Source: Octopus bimaculoides
Lineage: Eukaryota
Direction of reading: 5' to 3'
DNA length: 64,000 nt
NCBI RefSeq assembly: GCF_001194135.2
Contig: NC_068991.1
Span: 76,757,464-76,821,463 of the forward strand
Shown piece by piece: positions 40,978 through 54,035 of the stretch; position 1 is the stretch's first letter, and each line of letters opens with the position of its first letter. Both the position numbers and the translations under genes were made by a program. Under the pieces are notes generated by a model that was not told the origin of the DNA, searched no databases, and worked only from the letters and a program-made list of their open reading frames with translations.

Positions 40978-41284
40978 TGGGGAACAGATATTTAAGTCAT
41001 AATGTCAGATGTCTAACCTTTTTGTTTTAACTTCAGTATTAAATTTCACACAAACTTCATTTCCAGTCTGAGTCACGATGAAGGTCAAAGAAAATTTCAG
41101 CAAATTAAACACTACCTCACAGCACAATCAATACTTGCTTCCCTTAAAGACTCCACCCTTCTTGATTAGCTCTGAAATACAACACCTTTCAAGAAATAAT
41201 ACTTAATATGGCTGATTACACCCACTAACTTCCATGCATTTCTAAAGGAGGGACAGATATGAAATGTATCTCCATACATTGTTG

Positions 41285-41662
41285 GCATGGCTGTGTGATT
41301 AAATCTGAAACCACACGGTTTCAGGTTTAGTCAACTGTTTGGAATCTTGGGCAAGTGCCTTCCACAAAAGCCCCAGGCTGGCCAAAGACTTTTCAGTAGA
41401 AACTGAAAGAAGTGTATAGTATATGGGTGTTGCGAGAGAGTGTTCTCCACTTGACCTCCAGGTGAAAGTCATAAATGAGCATCACTGTTTCATTCATTTC
41501 CAATATTCTGGAAAATTATGCCTGACCCTGGGGAAATATTACTTTGCCTGGAAATGGGTGAGGGTTGGTAACAAGAAGGGCATCTGGCCAGAGAAAATCT
41601 GTCTCAATATAATTGAATTGACCCGTGCGAGCATGGGGAACTGGATGATAAAAATGATGAAT
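41285..41662 (+). mobile_element. SINE (tRNA-type head plus RTE-like tail)
   Basis: GGCATGGCTGTGTGATTAAA...GGTTTCAGGTTTAGTC...GGGCAAGTGCCTTC...; GGTAACAAGAAGGGCATCTGGCC...CCCGTGCGAGCATGG. Confidence 0.7.
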
Positions 41663-42219
41663 ACCTATACATTGGCTGAGATCCAAGACCAATTGATTTG
41701 ACTTGCATGGATAAAAAGAATCACTTAAATCTGTGCTATATCAGTAAATTTTGAATATAAAAAAATATTTTGGGGCACCACAGAATATTTTCCCTAGATC
41801 TAACACCACCATCTGGCACATGGCTGACTCTGGAGGAATCCACAGTCAAAAGCACTTTGATCAGATCTCTCATAATATATGGGGTTTTGGAAACAGCTTG
41901 ATGATGCATTGGTGAACAGTCAAAGGTGTTGGAGAGCATAAAGATTAAAAGTTGAAGTTTTAAAAAAAAATTAGCTTGACATGGAGGACTGAAAACCACC
42001 TGAATATTGGAAGAGAGTTACCTGTATCATTACGATTTGCACCGAGTAGCAAAATGGTAACATTATGACTGCTATTCAAATACTCTGTGAACACTTAAGG
42101 TTATAAGACAGCTGCAATGGAAACTACGAAGCTGTGGCCAGCAAGAAGGTGGTGGTCTTTGGCGGGGGGGGGGGGGGTGCTCCAGTGAAGGTGATGTCAT
42201 TCAAGCTCAAATATCTGCT

Positions 42220-42545
42220 GGATGGCCATATGTGTGGCAGCAGGATTCAGTTCCTTGCCACACTCCAGGAAAGAGTCAGAAGTGGTTGTCAGAGAATTTC
42301 TACAACTTAAAATCAGCCTCAATTTCTGGTCCCCTAATTAACCTCAACTGTAACCCCATGGATTAATTATGTGTAGGGTGCAGTTGAGAAAGACACCAAC
42401 TGTTCTGTGTGCAACACCAAGGCAGTGCTGACAGCCAAGATCAAAGAGGTGTTCAAAGATCTCTCCAAGGATACAATGAAGAATGCTTGCACCAGGTTCC
42501 AGAGCCATCTTGGTGGAAGCTGAGGATGGCTACTCTGATTAAACT
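42220..42545 (+). mobile_element. Tc1/mariner superfamily (DD37D/maT-like) transposase C-terminal relic
   Basis: Decayed translation GWPYVWQQDSVPCHT..KSQKWLSENF..NFWSPN*P..CNPMD..GAVEKDTN..KIKEVFKDL..MKNAC.RFQS. The QQD and NPMD motifs suggest a third Asp rather than the Tc1 Glu. Multiple frameshifts and stops. Confidence 0.65.
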
Positions 42546-42630
42546 GTTCTCTCCCAGCCATAATCTAGTTAATATTTGATTTTCTAAAATACTTTAATTT
42601 TTGGATGGGATACTGAATTTTCTTTCCTTT

Positions 42631-43290
42631 NNNNNNNNNNNNNNNNNNNNNNNNNNNNNNNNNNNNNNNNNNNNNNNNNNNNNNNNNNNNNNNNNNNNNN
42701 NNNNNNNNNNNNNNNNNNNNNNNNNNNNNNNNNNNNNNNNNNNNNNNNNNNNNNNNNNNNNNNNNNNNNNNNNNNNNNNNNNNNNNNNNNNNNNNNNNNN
42801 NNNNNNNNNNNNNNNNNNNNNNNNNNNNNNNNNNNNNNNNNNNNNNNNNNNNNNNNNNNNNNNNNNNNNNNNNNNNNNNNNNNNNNNNNNNNNNNNNNNN
42901 NNNNNNNNNNNNNNNNNNNNNNNNNNNNNNNNNNNNNNNNNNNNNNNNNNNNNNNNNNNNNNNNNNNNNNNNNNNNNNNNNNNNNNNNNNNNNNNNNNNN
43001 NNNNNNNNNNNNNNNNNNNNNNNNNNNNNNNNNNNNNNNNNNNNNNNNNNNNNNNNNNNNNNNNNNNNNNNNNNNNNNNNNNNNNNNNNNNNNNNNNNNN
43101 NNNNNNNNNNNNNNNNNNNNNNNNNNNNNNNNNNNNNNNNNNNNNNNNNNNNNNNNNNNNNNNNNNNNNNNNNNNNNNNNNNNNNNNNNNNNNNNNNNNN
43201 NNNNNNNNNNNNNNNNNNNNNNNNNNNNNNNNNNNNNNNNNNNNNNNNNNNNNNNNNNNNNNNNNNNNNNNNNNNNNNNNNNNNNNNNNN
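42631..43290. other. Assembly gap (660 N)
   Basis: N run. Confidence 1.
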
Positions 43291-43640
43291 ATGCCTTTTC
43301 TAACGCCAACCACTCCGAGAGTGTAGTGGGTGCTTTTACGTGCCACTGGCACAAGGGCTAGTCAGACGGTTCTGGGAAACGACCACACTCAAAAGGTGTT
43401 TTTTACGTGCTACCTGCACGGGAGCCAGTCCGGCGGCACTGGCAACAACCACGCTTGAATGTTGTTTTTTTACACGTGCCACAGACACATCTGCCAGTAA
43501 GGCAATGATCACACTCGAATGGTACTTTTTACGTGCCACCGGTACAGGAGCCAATCCATGGCCCTGGCAACGATCACATTCGGATGTGCTTTTAACGTTC
43601 CACTGGCACGAGTGCCAATCAGGTGGTACTGTCATCGGCC
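43291..43640 (-). mobile_element. RTE-tail SINE with an expanded internal array of about five ~65-bp units
   Basis: ATGCCTTTTCTAACGCCAACCACTCCGAGAGTGTAGTGGGTG followed by repeated TTTTACGTGCCAC-cored units at about 43333, 43399, 43468, 43526 and 43589. Confidence 0.8.
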
Positions 43641-43694
43641 ACATCAAACACACCCACACCTACACACACTAGAGAACTTTCTAGTCTTATTGGG

Positions 43695-44010
43695 GATAAG
43701 GTTCTGGGTTCAGTCCCACTGTGTGACATCACCATGGGCAAGTGTCTTTTACTATGGCCTCAGGTGGATTTGCTAGACAGAAACTGAAAGAAGCCTATCA
43801 TATATATCTATGTGTCTGTGTGTCTCCTACACCATTGTACAACCAGTGTCGGTGTATTTATGCTCCCGTAACTTAGTGGTTCAGCAAACAAGACCAATAG
43901 AGTAAGCACCAAGCTTAAAAACAAAAAAAAAAGGACTGGGGTCAATTCATTCAACTAAAAATTCTTCAAGGTGGTGCCCCAGCATGGCCATAGTCTAATG
44001 ATTGAAACAA
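43695..44010 (+). mobile_element. tRNA-derived SINE (head plus body)
   Basis: GGTTCTGGGTTCAGTCCCACTGTGTG...GGGCAAGTGTCTT...GAAACTGAAAGAAGCC...GGTGCCCCAGCATGGCCATAGTC...TGAAACAAGTAAAA. Confidence 0.8.
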
Positions 44011-45027
44011 GTAAAAACAAAATATAAAAAATATATACATACTTTCAGTTTATACAACAAACAGAATGTATGGAAAAACATGGTATTCCCGGTTGCTAAA
44101 TTTATACTTTTACAAACAACTCTTTCCCATAAATAACAATTTCTAATAAACCTAACTTCCAAGCTTTATTCAAAATTTGGCTGATTTTCTAAAACCAACA
44201 TTATTTTACTAATGCTTTCAGATATCTCGTTAAAACCAGTTTTGAGGTAAAGGTGGGAGGTTCTCACCTACACCATCTGCATTAGAACCTTGAAGTTCTA
44301 TTAACTCTTCATAAGTGAAGGGGCTCATCATTAGCAAACACTTAAAAACCACACTTTCTACACCATTTCTACAAGGCTTGCTGCTGATCGAGATTCTTTT
44401 ATTTTGTAACTAAAATCTTAACTACATTGCGACAATGTTATTCAAACCTCAATACGATAAGTACATTTAACTTCTTCCCAGGAATGCGTAACTTTTTATT
44501 GCTAGCATGTAATTGTTAAAGTTTTTTGAAGGCCTGATGTATGTCATCAGTTGCAGTAATCTAAGACAATAAAGAAGAGACTAATCTATAGGATGGTAGT
44601 AGTTATATTGCTCTGCTAGAACAATGTTTCATTCACAAACACCCCCCCCACAAAAAAAAAAAAAAATTAACACCACCATAACATACAATTCCTCCTCCTC
44701 AGTCCAGACAAAAAAAGAGCAGCAGCTTCATTAACACACAGAAATCCAAAAGTACTGAACAACTGCCATTGTCTATCCACCAATCTCTCTCCCCACCAAT
44801 ATCTAAGGCAGTTCTTCAAACCATGTACTGCAGAGTTTGTCTAGGAGCACTCTACAGACATTTAAAAAAGTTTAAGCTTTTACAAAGTTCGTAATAATAC
44901 TTTTTAATATACATGGAAACGATAAAAATAGGATCTACAATTTTTTTTTTCTAAATCTTTAACTCTGCAAGGGCACCAACATTTTTGGATGTTCAATACA
45001 CAAGGAATTTGAGTCGTTGACCAAGAG

Positions 45028-45507
45028 CAGAGGTTTCCAACATGGGCAGTACCACCCGCAAGGGGATGCTGAGCATGTCAAAGGCAATGGTGAGGCAACG
45101 CGATACACTTAAATTTTACCTATAGTAGTGATTATGTTATACATTGTTAAAAATAGTAATGGTTATTAAAATAAGATGAGCGCTAAGTAGTGGACTGCTG
45201 TTTCTAGCAGGTAGTAGAACCTACACAGTTGCTCCACCTGAGAAAGAAAATTCTAGCTGGATCTCTTCAGGCACAGACAAGGCATTAACTTGCAATGTAT
45301 AAAGAAAATTTACAAGTTTTGTCTTCATTAATTTATCATTTCACTGTTAAAAGCTTATAGAATCCATTTTTAAAATAAAATTTATAAATTATCATCCATG
45401 TTAAGTTAGCTTAGTCATGATACCTCACTTGCTACTTAGGTGGGGGCAATGGAGGGAATGATTACTTAAAAGGGAGCACTACAAAAAAATAAAGTTAAGA
45501 ACCAGTG
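45028..45507. mobile_element. hAT MITE
   Basis: Imperfect TIRs CAGAGGTTTCCAAC / GTTAAGAACCAGTG with an 8-bp TSD ACCAAGAG / GCCAAGAG (7/8). Confidence 0.75.
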
Positions 45508-48500
45508 GCCAAGAGACATAAAAAAATAAGGAGGGGGTCTGCTACAATGTACCCCAAATATTAAAACACTGCATGTCAGAGTGCACATTGTAGTTTTCAA
45601 CCAGAGAAAAATGTGGCACACAGGAACAGCCAGTGGTGCCATGCACAACAGTTTCAGATCACAGTATGTGGTAAGGAACGGTAATTGTGCCTCAGGGCCT
45701 TAAATCCTCAGCCATGAGGCTAGGGACACTCGTTTAAATACAACCATAAACCACCCCAAAAATGATTGTATTGACAATTCATTAACATAAGACAACACAT
45801 ACTAACTTCATATTAGTTTTTAAATGAACAATGTGGAATTGAATTGATCAATCATATTTAAGTTTCCACCAAGAAGCCTTACATATCGCAGATAAGTGAG
45901 ACAAGCAGAAGCTGTCAGCTCTGATCAAACAGACCTAAATCTAGGTTACAACCCTCATCATCCATCTCACCCAGACAGTATAAAATGTTTCAACTATTAT
46001 ATATATATATATATATTACTTGATTTTAGTAAATGCAATTTGAGAGAGAGTTGATATTTTTCCTAGCAGGTGTTACTTCTCTCCTTGGCTTCAAGTTAAA
46101 GGAACTTGGCTGGAAGAAACTCGTAATCCATTTTGGCAGTAAGATCTGTATTGGAACACAAAGCCACAAAGTGTGTGTGTGTGCGTGTCAATTGACCCTG
46201 AGTTACTCCTCCGATATTCATCTTTTTAACCGAATTCTATTTTATAATTTCAAATCTAATTCACATCAAAAGAAAAATTGATAATTAGCCATTTAAGACA
46301 TAAATGAAAAAATATTCCAAGGGAGGTAACTACTGCCAACCTAAAAATTCGAATGGTCGAACGATTTACAGAACATTTTCATCTTCCGACAAGGTGCTCT
46401 AACGAAGCTTAAATAGACGTTAGATAATTCCTTACTTCATATAAAACTGAACCTTTCCAAGAACCTTTAATACTAAATTAGCTGATCCTAACTACAGAAG
46501 AAAATAACTAAGTAAAATTAGTTTCGTGTTGAGGATGAGTCATCGTGACGCATATTGAGTAAACTACACGTACCCTGTTAACACCCAGATATCAAACGTC
46601 AACTAAATTACAGTTCCTAGGGTCACTGGATCCGCTAAACACAGCATCCAAATTTTCAAACAAGACTCTCAAAAACGAAGGGCGTAAGTCCTAGATACAC
46701 TTTATTTAAAAGAACGGGATGGTCACGAGGAAAAGGCCTTTGCCCCCGATTAGGGGCTAAACTAACAAGTATACTGTGTTCTTCAACACAGGATATCTAC
46801 GTGGGCGTTCGTCTTGCAAGAAATAGCAGTAAAATCTTTAAATCACACCCTATCATAGCTAAAACCAAATAAAATAAAGAAAAGAACACAGTGGACAATG
46901 TAATTTTAGGATAAAAATGTTTGGGATGGTCAGCTTTACTAATAGATATTCTCAAATCAGAGCTGGCCAGCGAATTGAAACTAGTTTCGTTTCCTGGTAG
47001 TAGCTAACTGACGTAGCATCGATTTAGGATTTATATTATTTCTTGTTATGTATAGATTTGAGGCCATGTGTGAATATAAAGAAATCGATATTGCCGTGAC
47101 GTGCTTTAAAACTATTTTGCTATACTATCGCTTTTACTTATTTATACCATTTAAATTCATTTATTTCCACTTATCTCGCATATTTTCGGCTTACAAGCAA
47201 GCAGGCAGGCATATTACCTGAAAACTAGGGTTTTAGATTCACCTGTACTACTACATTTGAACATCTTATATCAATCTTCTTCAGATCTTCCTCTAAATTC
47301 AAGAAAATTGACATATTTCTTTATGAATCATTTTTGAAATGATTGCTGATAGAATTATCAACTACATCCATCAAATGTGAATATTCTCAGAAAGCAAACT
47401 ATATTGGTCAAATAGAAAATACATTAAATCCTATCTATACGATTTTGCACTACTGTTAGTGAAACGGACACGTTATCACAATAGCAATTACATAATGCCA
47501 TGTCAACAAGCAGAACTCGATTTTAGGTAATAACATCATTATTATTCATTCATTCTCTTGATTTGTTTATTAGTGAAAGACTACGACGTGGTTAATTTGC
47601 CACCAAAAGAAACTTTGGGCAAATTAAAACGAACATGCTACAAGTGAATCAGAAGGCAATGTTATAATGGTAAATGCTTGTTCAATCAATACATTAGGCC
47701 TCCCTTAGGAAAGAAAATGAAATTTTGAGGGTGTATTAAGTAGGGGTGGACGTTGAAGCAATTTTCTTCGTCTCCAAAAGCATTGGCGATGTGAATGAAA
47801 AACACTTTGAACTAGGAATCCAAACGAAGTCGCTAGCACTTGATAACCTTGTTTCCCATTTTAAAAAATACCAATTTCGAATTTTACGAAGTTACAGAAT
47901 TTCTTTGTCTTTTGGCAATATATTAGAAAAAAAATGGATTGTAGGTTCTCAATCCGTTACAAAATATAGATTTATAAAGTGAAGACTTATAAATTTTTCA
48001 AATATCGTTGCCATCTTAGTCTTCTTGACTGGCAACGATAAAAAAATGCCCATGTTCTACTATTAACAATTATAGGATACCCCCAAATATCCTTTAGAAT
48101 CTCACACTTTATAAATAAGCACATTGATATATTGTCTAATGCCATTTGCATTTTAGTAGTTAAGCCATCGTAGGTTACATATACAAAAAGCAGGTCTAAG
48201 TAGTGGAATGTATTATGTAGAACGATCTACATACAAGCTAACAGGTTAAGTGGTGTTATTCATGACATTGTCATCCGAATAAAAATCAATGGTGACAAAT
48301 ATAATGTATTAGGATGCTTAGTAACAAAGCTTCGAAAAAAAAAAAAGATTTCCTATTTTAAACACAGTAAGAAAACACCTCCGGGAGATAGTAGTTTCGT
48401 CAGAGGTTACTGTTGCATACATTTTTTTTTCTGTCTACAGTTGTGCGTGAGAACCAGCCTTGAAACTAATATATACACAAGCGCTTGCTTATTATTCCCA

Positions 48501-51222
48501 CCAACTTATTTTATAGTTATGTGATACATTTTAGAAGCAGTGAGAACATTGGCACTTTTGATGGTAACGGAGAAAATGAAGTATAGGGTAAAGGAAAGAG
48601 CATAGGCGAAGGATGTAAAATGTCTCAAGGCCGTGTTTTGCAAACTGTCACCTAAGCAGACGTGTCTACTTGACTATGAAGTCCAATTAGAAGAAATACA
48701 CGTCGCATAACACTCGACGATGGGGGAAAAAATGTCAAAAGCAGTCAGTTTCGTTTGACAAGCAATGAACTAGATCTGCATAGACACAGTTTAACCTCAG
48801 GTCACATTTAAACAAACAGACTAATTATCAAAGGCGTTCCAGCCAGGAGCATCATATCTTTAAAGATATCTAAGAAAACATTATCAAACATTTTTTTTTC
48901 TGAAGACGATAAAATGTGATTTGAAAGAAATTTGGCTGCTCTTTCTAGCAGCTAGATCGGCCATGTAGGACAGGGGTGGGTAACTCCTCGTTAACATTCA
49001 AATTTGAATACCACCATGTCTTTTCAAAGATCAAAGAGAGAAAACATTAAAGCTAAAAAAATGTTGCATATTCTAACCTATGAATCTATAAAATTAAAGC
49101 TTCGTTATTTTTCCTGTGCATAAGTGAGCCACCACAGGTGTTTATACATTTCCAATTCACCCCGTTGGTTCTCAAGGGATTCCCCGTCTCCAACAGGTTC
49201 ATGCTGGCAACAAACATCAAAATTGAAATCAAATACACAACATAACTCAAAGCTCATGTTCTTGAATCTTTTTAAACGTTAAACAAATCAACACAGCTAG
49301 CAATGAATTGTATTCAAACTACATGTATTTTCTAACGGAAGGAAACAATCGACTGATTTGATTCCACTATTGTTACGTTTTTTCATCGCCAATAAAATAA
49401 GCATCCATCAACCTATACACGCCAGAAAAATTTATAATTCATTCAGGCAAAAAAAAATATATAATTCAAAGTGGCGTAGACATAGTAGTAAAGTATTCTT
49501 CAGAGCAATGTAATAAGAACGTTCATGAAAACTATATTTAGATTCAACAGGAAATTGATAATACAAGGTGTCATTATCAACAGAGTATCATAATAATTAG
49601 GAAGAAAGAGGTGGTTCACTGAAATGCAAATCATAAAATACACTGGAAACGAGTGACATTTAGAAAGTTTGGCAGCCAAATTATCGCTTAATTTCACACC
49701 GGATACATGTGAAAGTAGAGACAGGGCAAATATCGCGATCGAACATAGAATGATGGATTTATTTTTTTTAGAGCATGTTTAGCCCTAAGTCATCTGTAGA
49801 GATCAAACCTATTTATGATTAAAGGGGATCAAAACGTGACCATGCCGTCCGTTTTGTATATTTATATATATACATACCTACATTATTCAATATATATTCC
49901 TTTTACCCTTTTTAATATGCTATGATGCGCTTTGGAGTGGGATTTTACTGACATTTCTAGCAGGGCGAGCGACTATGTAGAGGCTTTTTGGCACGTCACC
50001 TTCAAAGAATGTGTCTCCCCACATTCAATATAAATCTAGATAGCACTGATTGCTTTGGATTCCAAAACCAACAAAATGCCATATAAACTGGAATATTTAA
50101 ATAATAAAGTGAAAAAAACACTAGCGAGTGAAGAAGTATTTCTTTTTATTCCAGTCGCTAGATATAGTAGCTGAATATCCCTCAAAATCACTCAAACTAT
50201 TAAATCTAATGTCGAACACATTGAATAATGGAGTAGGATATACCCTTAAAAACTACGGGATAGTCACGTCTGGAACGCTTCTAATCAAGACTGATTTCGG
50301 AGATAAATTGAATAACGTATATGTGATAAAACTAATAAAATTGCTAGATCGGCGTTTCGCATACGAGTATAAACACGTATGGCTGTATAAATGTGTGTTA
50401 ATACATATTTCATAGCGTATGTCACACAAGCGCACTGTGTTTACTTAATTACACAAATATAGAAGCAAAAAAGGTGAAGTTAAACCATCTATACACACAC
50501 GCTGATGTAAACAACTGTGTATAAATACATACACACACACACATGTATGTATGTATATAATGCAGCAATCATTCGTTTGTATGAGTGAGGAAGCTATCTT
50601 CGGCCAGTCTTTTGTTCCCAGGCAGACACCGCAGTAAAGCATGTAAATTATTTATCATTCAACATTGTGTTGGCATAGAATCGAAATGACATTAACAGAA
50701 TAGGAAATAAAAAAATCCTTTGAGATATCAAACAAGTGTTTTAACATCACGGGATATATAGAATACATAAATTAGATTTTTTTTTCTTCTTCTACAAGTG
50801 CATATAAACTATATTCATGTAAAAATAGACATGTATGATCGCACACACACAATGTAAATCTATTTTACACTTTATACCTAACGTTTTCAGAATTAAAAAA
50901 AAAGAGAAAACACGAAATATTTTTGGAGATATGGAAACCAATTATCAGATATAGAAGCAAACATTTCTTTAAATTCCTACACACAGGTGTAGCTTCATAA
51001 ATACCCCCCAGAGACAAACAGGTAGAGAGAGAGAGAGAGATAATAAATATTAGATTGCAAGCAAACCTATCATATCTACTATGAAATAATTCAAATACAT
51101 AAAGCAATTTTTACATTAAACCATTACACGCACGCATTTTTTTTTTCACAATTGATCTTCATTCGTTACACCTGAAAATTGAGGTATGTATTAAAAGGAA
51201 GTTTAATCAAAATACATTCATA

Positions 51223-51257
<35 letters not shown>

Positions 51258-51656
51258 TTAGCCAATCACTTAAAAACGTTTAGAAATAAAAAGAGAATTT
51301 AAAAAGGCGAAGAAAGGAAATGGTTTGGGGAACAAGTTTTACATGAAAAATCAGGCATCAAACCTTCATTACACACACACGCACCTGTCTTCAATTAAAG
51401 CACCATTCATTAAATCACACCTGAAAACTGAGGTATGTAGTGAAAGAGAAACAGAAAAAAAAACTGAAATGCATTCATATAAAAAAAAGAACATTTTTTG
51501 TGCTACACATGACTTCAAATACAAAAACAAGACATGGAAAAAGTGAAATTCAAAAATAAAATAATAAAAGGGTGAGAGAGGAAAATGGTTTTGCGGGGGG
51601 GAGAAATTGTTTTACATTATTGCACGCTGCCAGACAATTTTTTTGCACAGACTTAC

Positions 51657-52009
51657 CGTCTGTCGGCCGTAAACAAGTTAGCAATCGTGACATTAAGAGA
51701 GAGGAGGTCCAATTAAATTTATAATTTTTTTTGTCTTTCTCTTTTCTTCACTATTATTTTTACTTCAGTCTTCTCGATTCGATCCGATTGAGATGTATGA
51801 TATATATATATATATATGTGTATATATATAATATAGATGTTAGATTCTTGAGTTAAAAGAATTGTGAGAACGATTAGGAAGAGATGCCAACGAGAAGCGG
51901 CAGAAATGGAATTTTGGATAACTCACTTCTACTACTGTAGCTGAGATAGATAGACTAAAAGGTGTAGTAGTATGCGACTTCGCTGCTGATAAATTTTGTA
52001 GTGCAATAT
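51657..52009 (-). other. Candidate distal first exon of the Rho gene (353 nt); last 37 nt (51657-51693) potentially coding
   Basis: Starts at an Inr 31 nt from a TATA box and ends at a consensus donor GACG|GTAAGT (intron starts 51656). Its single ATG (51693) is in frame with the Rho ATG if spliced to 17888. A weaker alternative donor GAA|GTGAGT lies at 51926. Linkage to Rho is inferred. Confidence 0.6.
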
Positions 52010-52096
52010 GAGGGAGAAGTCATGCTACAGGTTTTATATAGCACAGCAACATATTACTATAAATAGACAGGAAATTTTCGACGTTGGCCATTGGTT
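52005..52096 (-). promoter_or_regulatory. Core promoter: CCAAT box, MEF2 site, TATA box, initiator
   Basis: Sense strand: AACCAATGGC (CCAAT at 52090-52094, about -85), CTATAAATAG (MEF2 consensus CTA(A/T)4TAG, 52057-52066), CTATATAAAA (52032-52041, first T at -31) and TCATATT (Inr YYANWYY, A+1 = 52009). Spacing is canonical. Confidence 0.7.
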
Positions 52097-52659
52097 CACA
52101 GCTCTTGATAAAAACGCAATTGTTGTCGATTTTGAGATAAATGAAAAATTATAAATTCATAAATGTTAAGGTTTTGGTACACATATATATAATGTGTTTA
52201 CATACAGGTGTGTTTACACGTGTATATATATATATATATATATACACAAGTATAAACAAGATAGAAAGGTATTAGTAATAATTTTGAATAGAAAAAAATT
52301 CGATTCTAAAAAATATTTTCAATAAAATATTTGTCATTTCCCATTGCACATTTGAATGACACTTAATACATGTCTAATTACATGCACCATGCCCTATCAA
52401 TATCTAAAAATAATTTTTTTTTTAATATTCTTTTAAAATCTCCTTTAGGCTTGCAGAGATTGTAATGAACAATAAAACCTAAACGGTTTCTCTCAACTGA
52501 TTCCTTGTTTAATTTACAGAATTGATTTCGGACAGTTGTTTTTCATTTCTCAAGGTTTTTTTTTTTTATTATGAAGGAAGAAATTTAGTAAAATACAATA
52601 TTTTTTTTAATCTGTAGGTGTCCTAGTTACCATGTTTTAAATATCCTTCCCAGTGCTAT

Positions 52660-52878
52660 GCGCACACTGTGCTTGCTAGTGTCCCATGGGCTTTAGGGCC
52701 CCTATGCTCAGCCGTTTTAGCAGCATTATAGGCCCCTGAGCAAATCAATACACAAGGCCCTATAGTTCTTTTTATTTGGTGACAACAATCTATTGCATAC
52801 ATAGATTAGAATTGGGCCCCTCGACTCTTGAGGGCCCAGGGTAACTGCCCAGAATGCCCATGCTTTAAGGCGGCTCTG
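52660..52878. mobile_element. Probable hAT-Tip100-like MITE remnant
   Basis: GC-rich patch with repeated GGGCCCC motifs ending TAAGGCGGCTCTG, a TIR-like end. The left end and TSD were not resolved. Confidence 0.35.
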
Positions 52879-52962
52879 CCAATACTAATCCATACAAGCT
52901 GAGATTTTTTTTTCTTTTTAGGTAGAAAGAACTTTTATTTATACTTATATATATATATATAT

Positions 52963-53452
52963 NNNNNNNNNNNNNNNNNNNNNNNNNNNNNNNNNNNNNN
53001 NNNNNNNNNNNNNNNNNNNNNNNNNNNNNNNNNNNNNNNNNNNNNNNNNNNNNNNNNNNNNNNNNNNNNNNNNNNNNNNNNNNNNNNNNNNNNNNNNNNN
53101 NNNNNNNNNNNNNNNNNNNNNNNNNNNNNNNNNNNNNNNNNNNNNNNNNNNNNNNNNNNNNNNNNNNNNNNNNNNNNNNNNNNNNNNNNNNNNNNNNNNN
53201 NNNNNNNNNNNNNNNNNNNNNNNNNNNNNNNNNNNNNNNNNNNNNNNNNNNNNNNNNNNNNNNNNNNNNNNNNNNNNNNNNNNNNNNNNNNNNNNNNNNN
53301 NNNNNNNNNNNNNNNNNNNNNNNNNNNNNNNNNNNNNNNNNNNNNNNNNNNNNNNNNNNNNNNNNNNNNNNNNNNNNNNNNNNNNNNNNNNNNNNNNNNN
53401 NNNNNNNNNNNNNNNNNNNNNNNNNNNNNNNNNNNNNNNNNNNNNNNNNNNN
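52963..53452. other. Assembly gap (490 N)
   Basis: N run. Confidence 1.
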
Positions 53453-54035
53453 GGACAGCACCCAGTTCTGAACACCTTAAGAGGGATCTTTTTTACAGCT
53501 TCCCTCCATTTTTTTGCTCTGCCTTTGGTAAAACCTAAATATTCAACAATTGTCAATAAAAAGTTATCACAGCACTTCTCGTCTTATAACTTTTAAAACA
53601 CATTCCAGTATATCTTCATAGTCTGGATAATGACTGTACTTTTAAGTCTACATTTAAATCGTTCTATCAGTGTATCTCATACTTCTGAAAATGGCACGAA
53701 CTCAAGTTTCATTAAACTTTCCTCTCAAATTATCCAGCCTGCACCTCTGTCGATTCCCCCCCCCCCATATTAGTCGATAAAATACTTTTTTACCTTAAAC
53801 TTTATACTGTATTAAACTTCTACATGATCTACCAACTTCAGTAAAAGACTTAAAAGATAAACACCAGTTATGTTATTGATGTCCTTTTTGTATGAACTCA
53901 TATATATATATAAATATATATTGTAAACATAATGGTCATAGGATGTTTTTGTAGGTGTTGCCCCATGTCTCAATGTAGTTTGAATACCGATAAAATAACT
54001 AAATAAGGGATCTTTTCAAAAGATCCATTTATTTT

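Noticed and set aside
43330-43620. CRISPR-like repeat/spacer appearance (also 1-180)
   Set aside because: Eukaryotic context, no cas genes, the spacers are homologous to each other, and the array is embedded in a SINE.
22494-53556. Long ORFs in the track at about 22.5-23.3, 42.6-43.4 and 52.9-53.6 kb
   Set aside because: They consist of X residues across N gaps.
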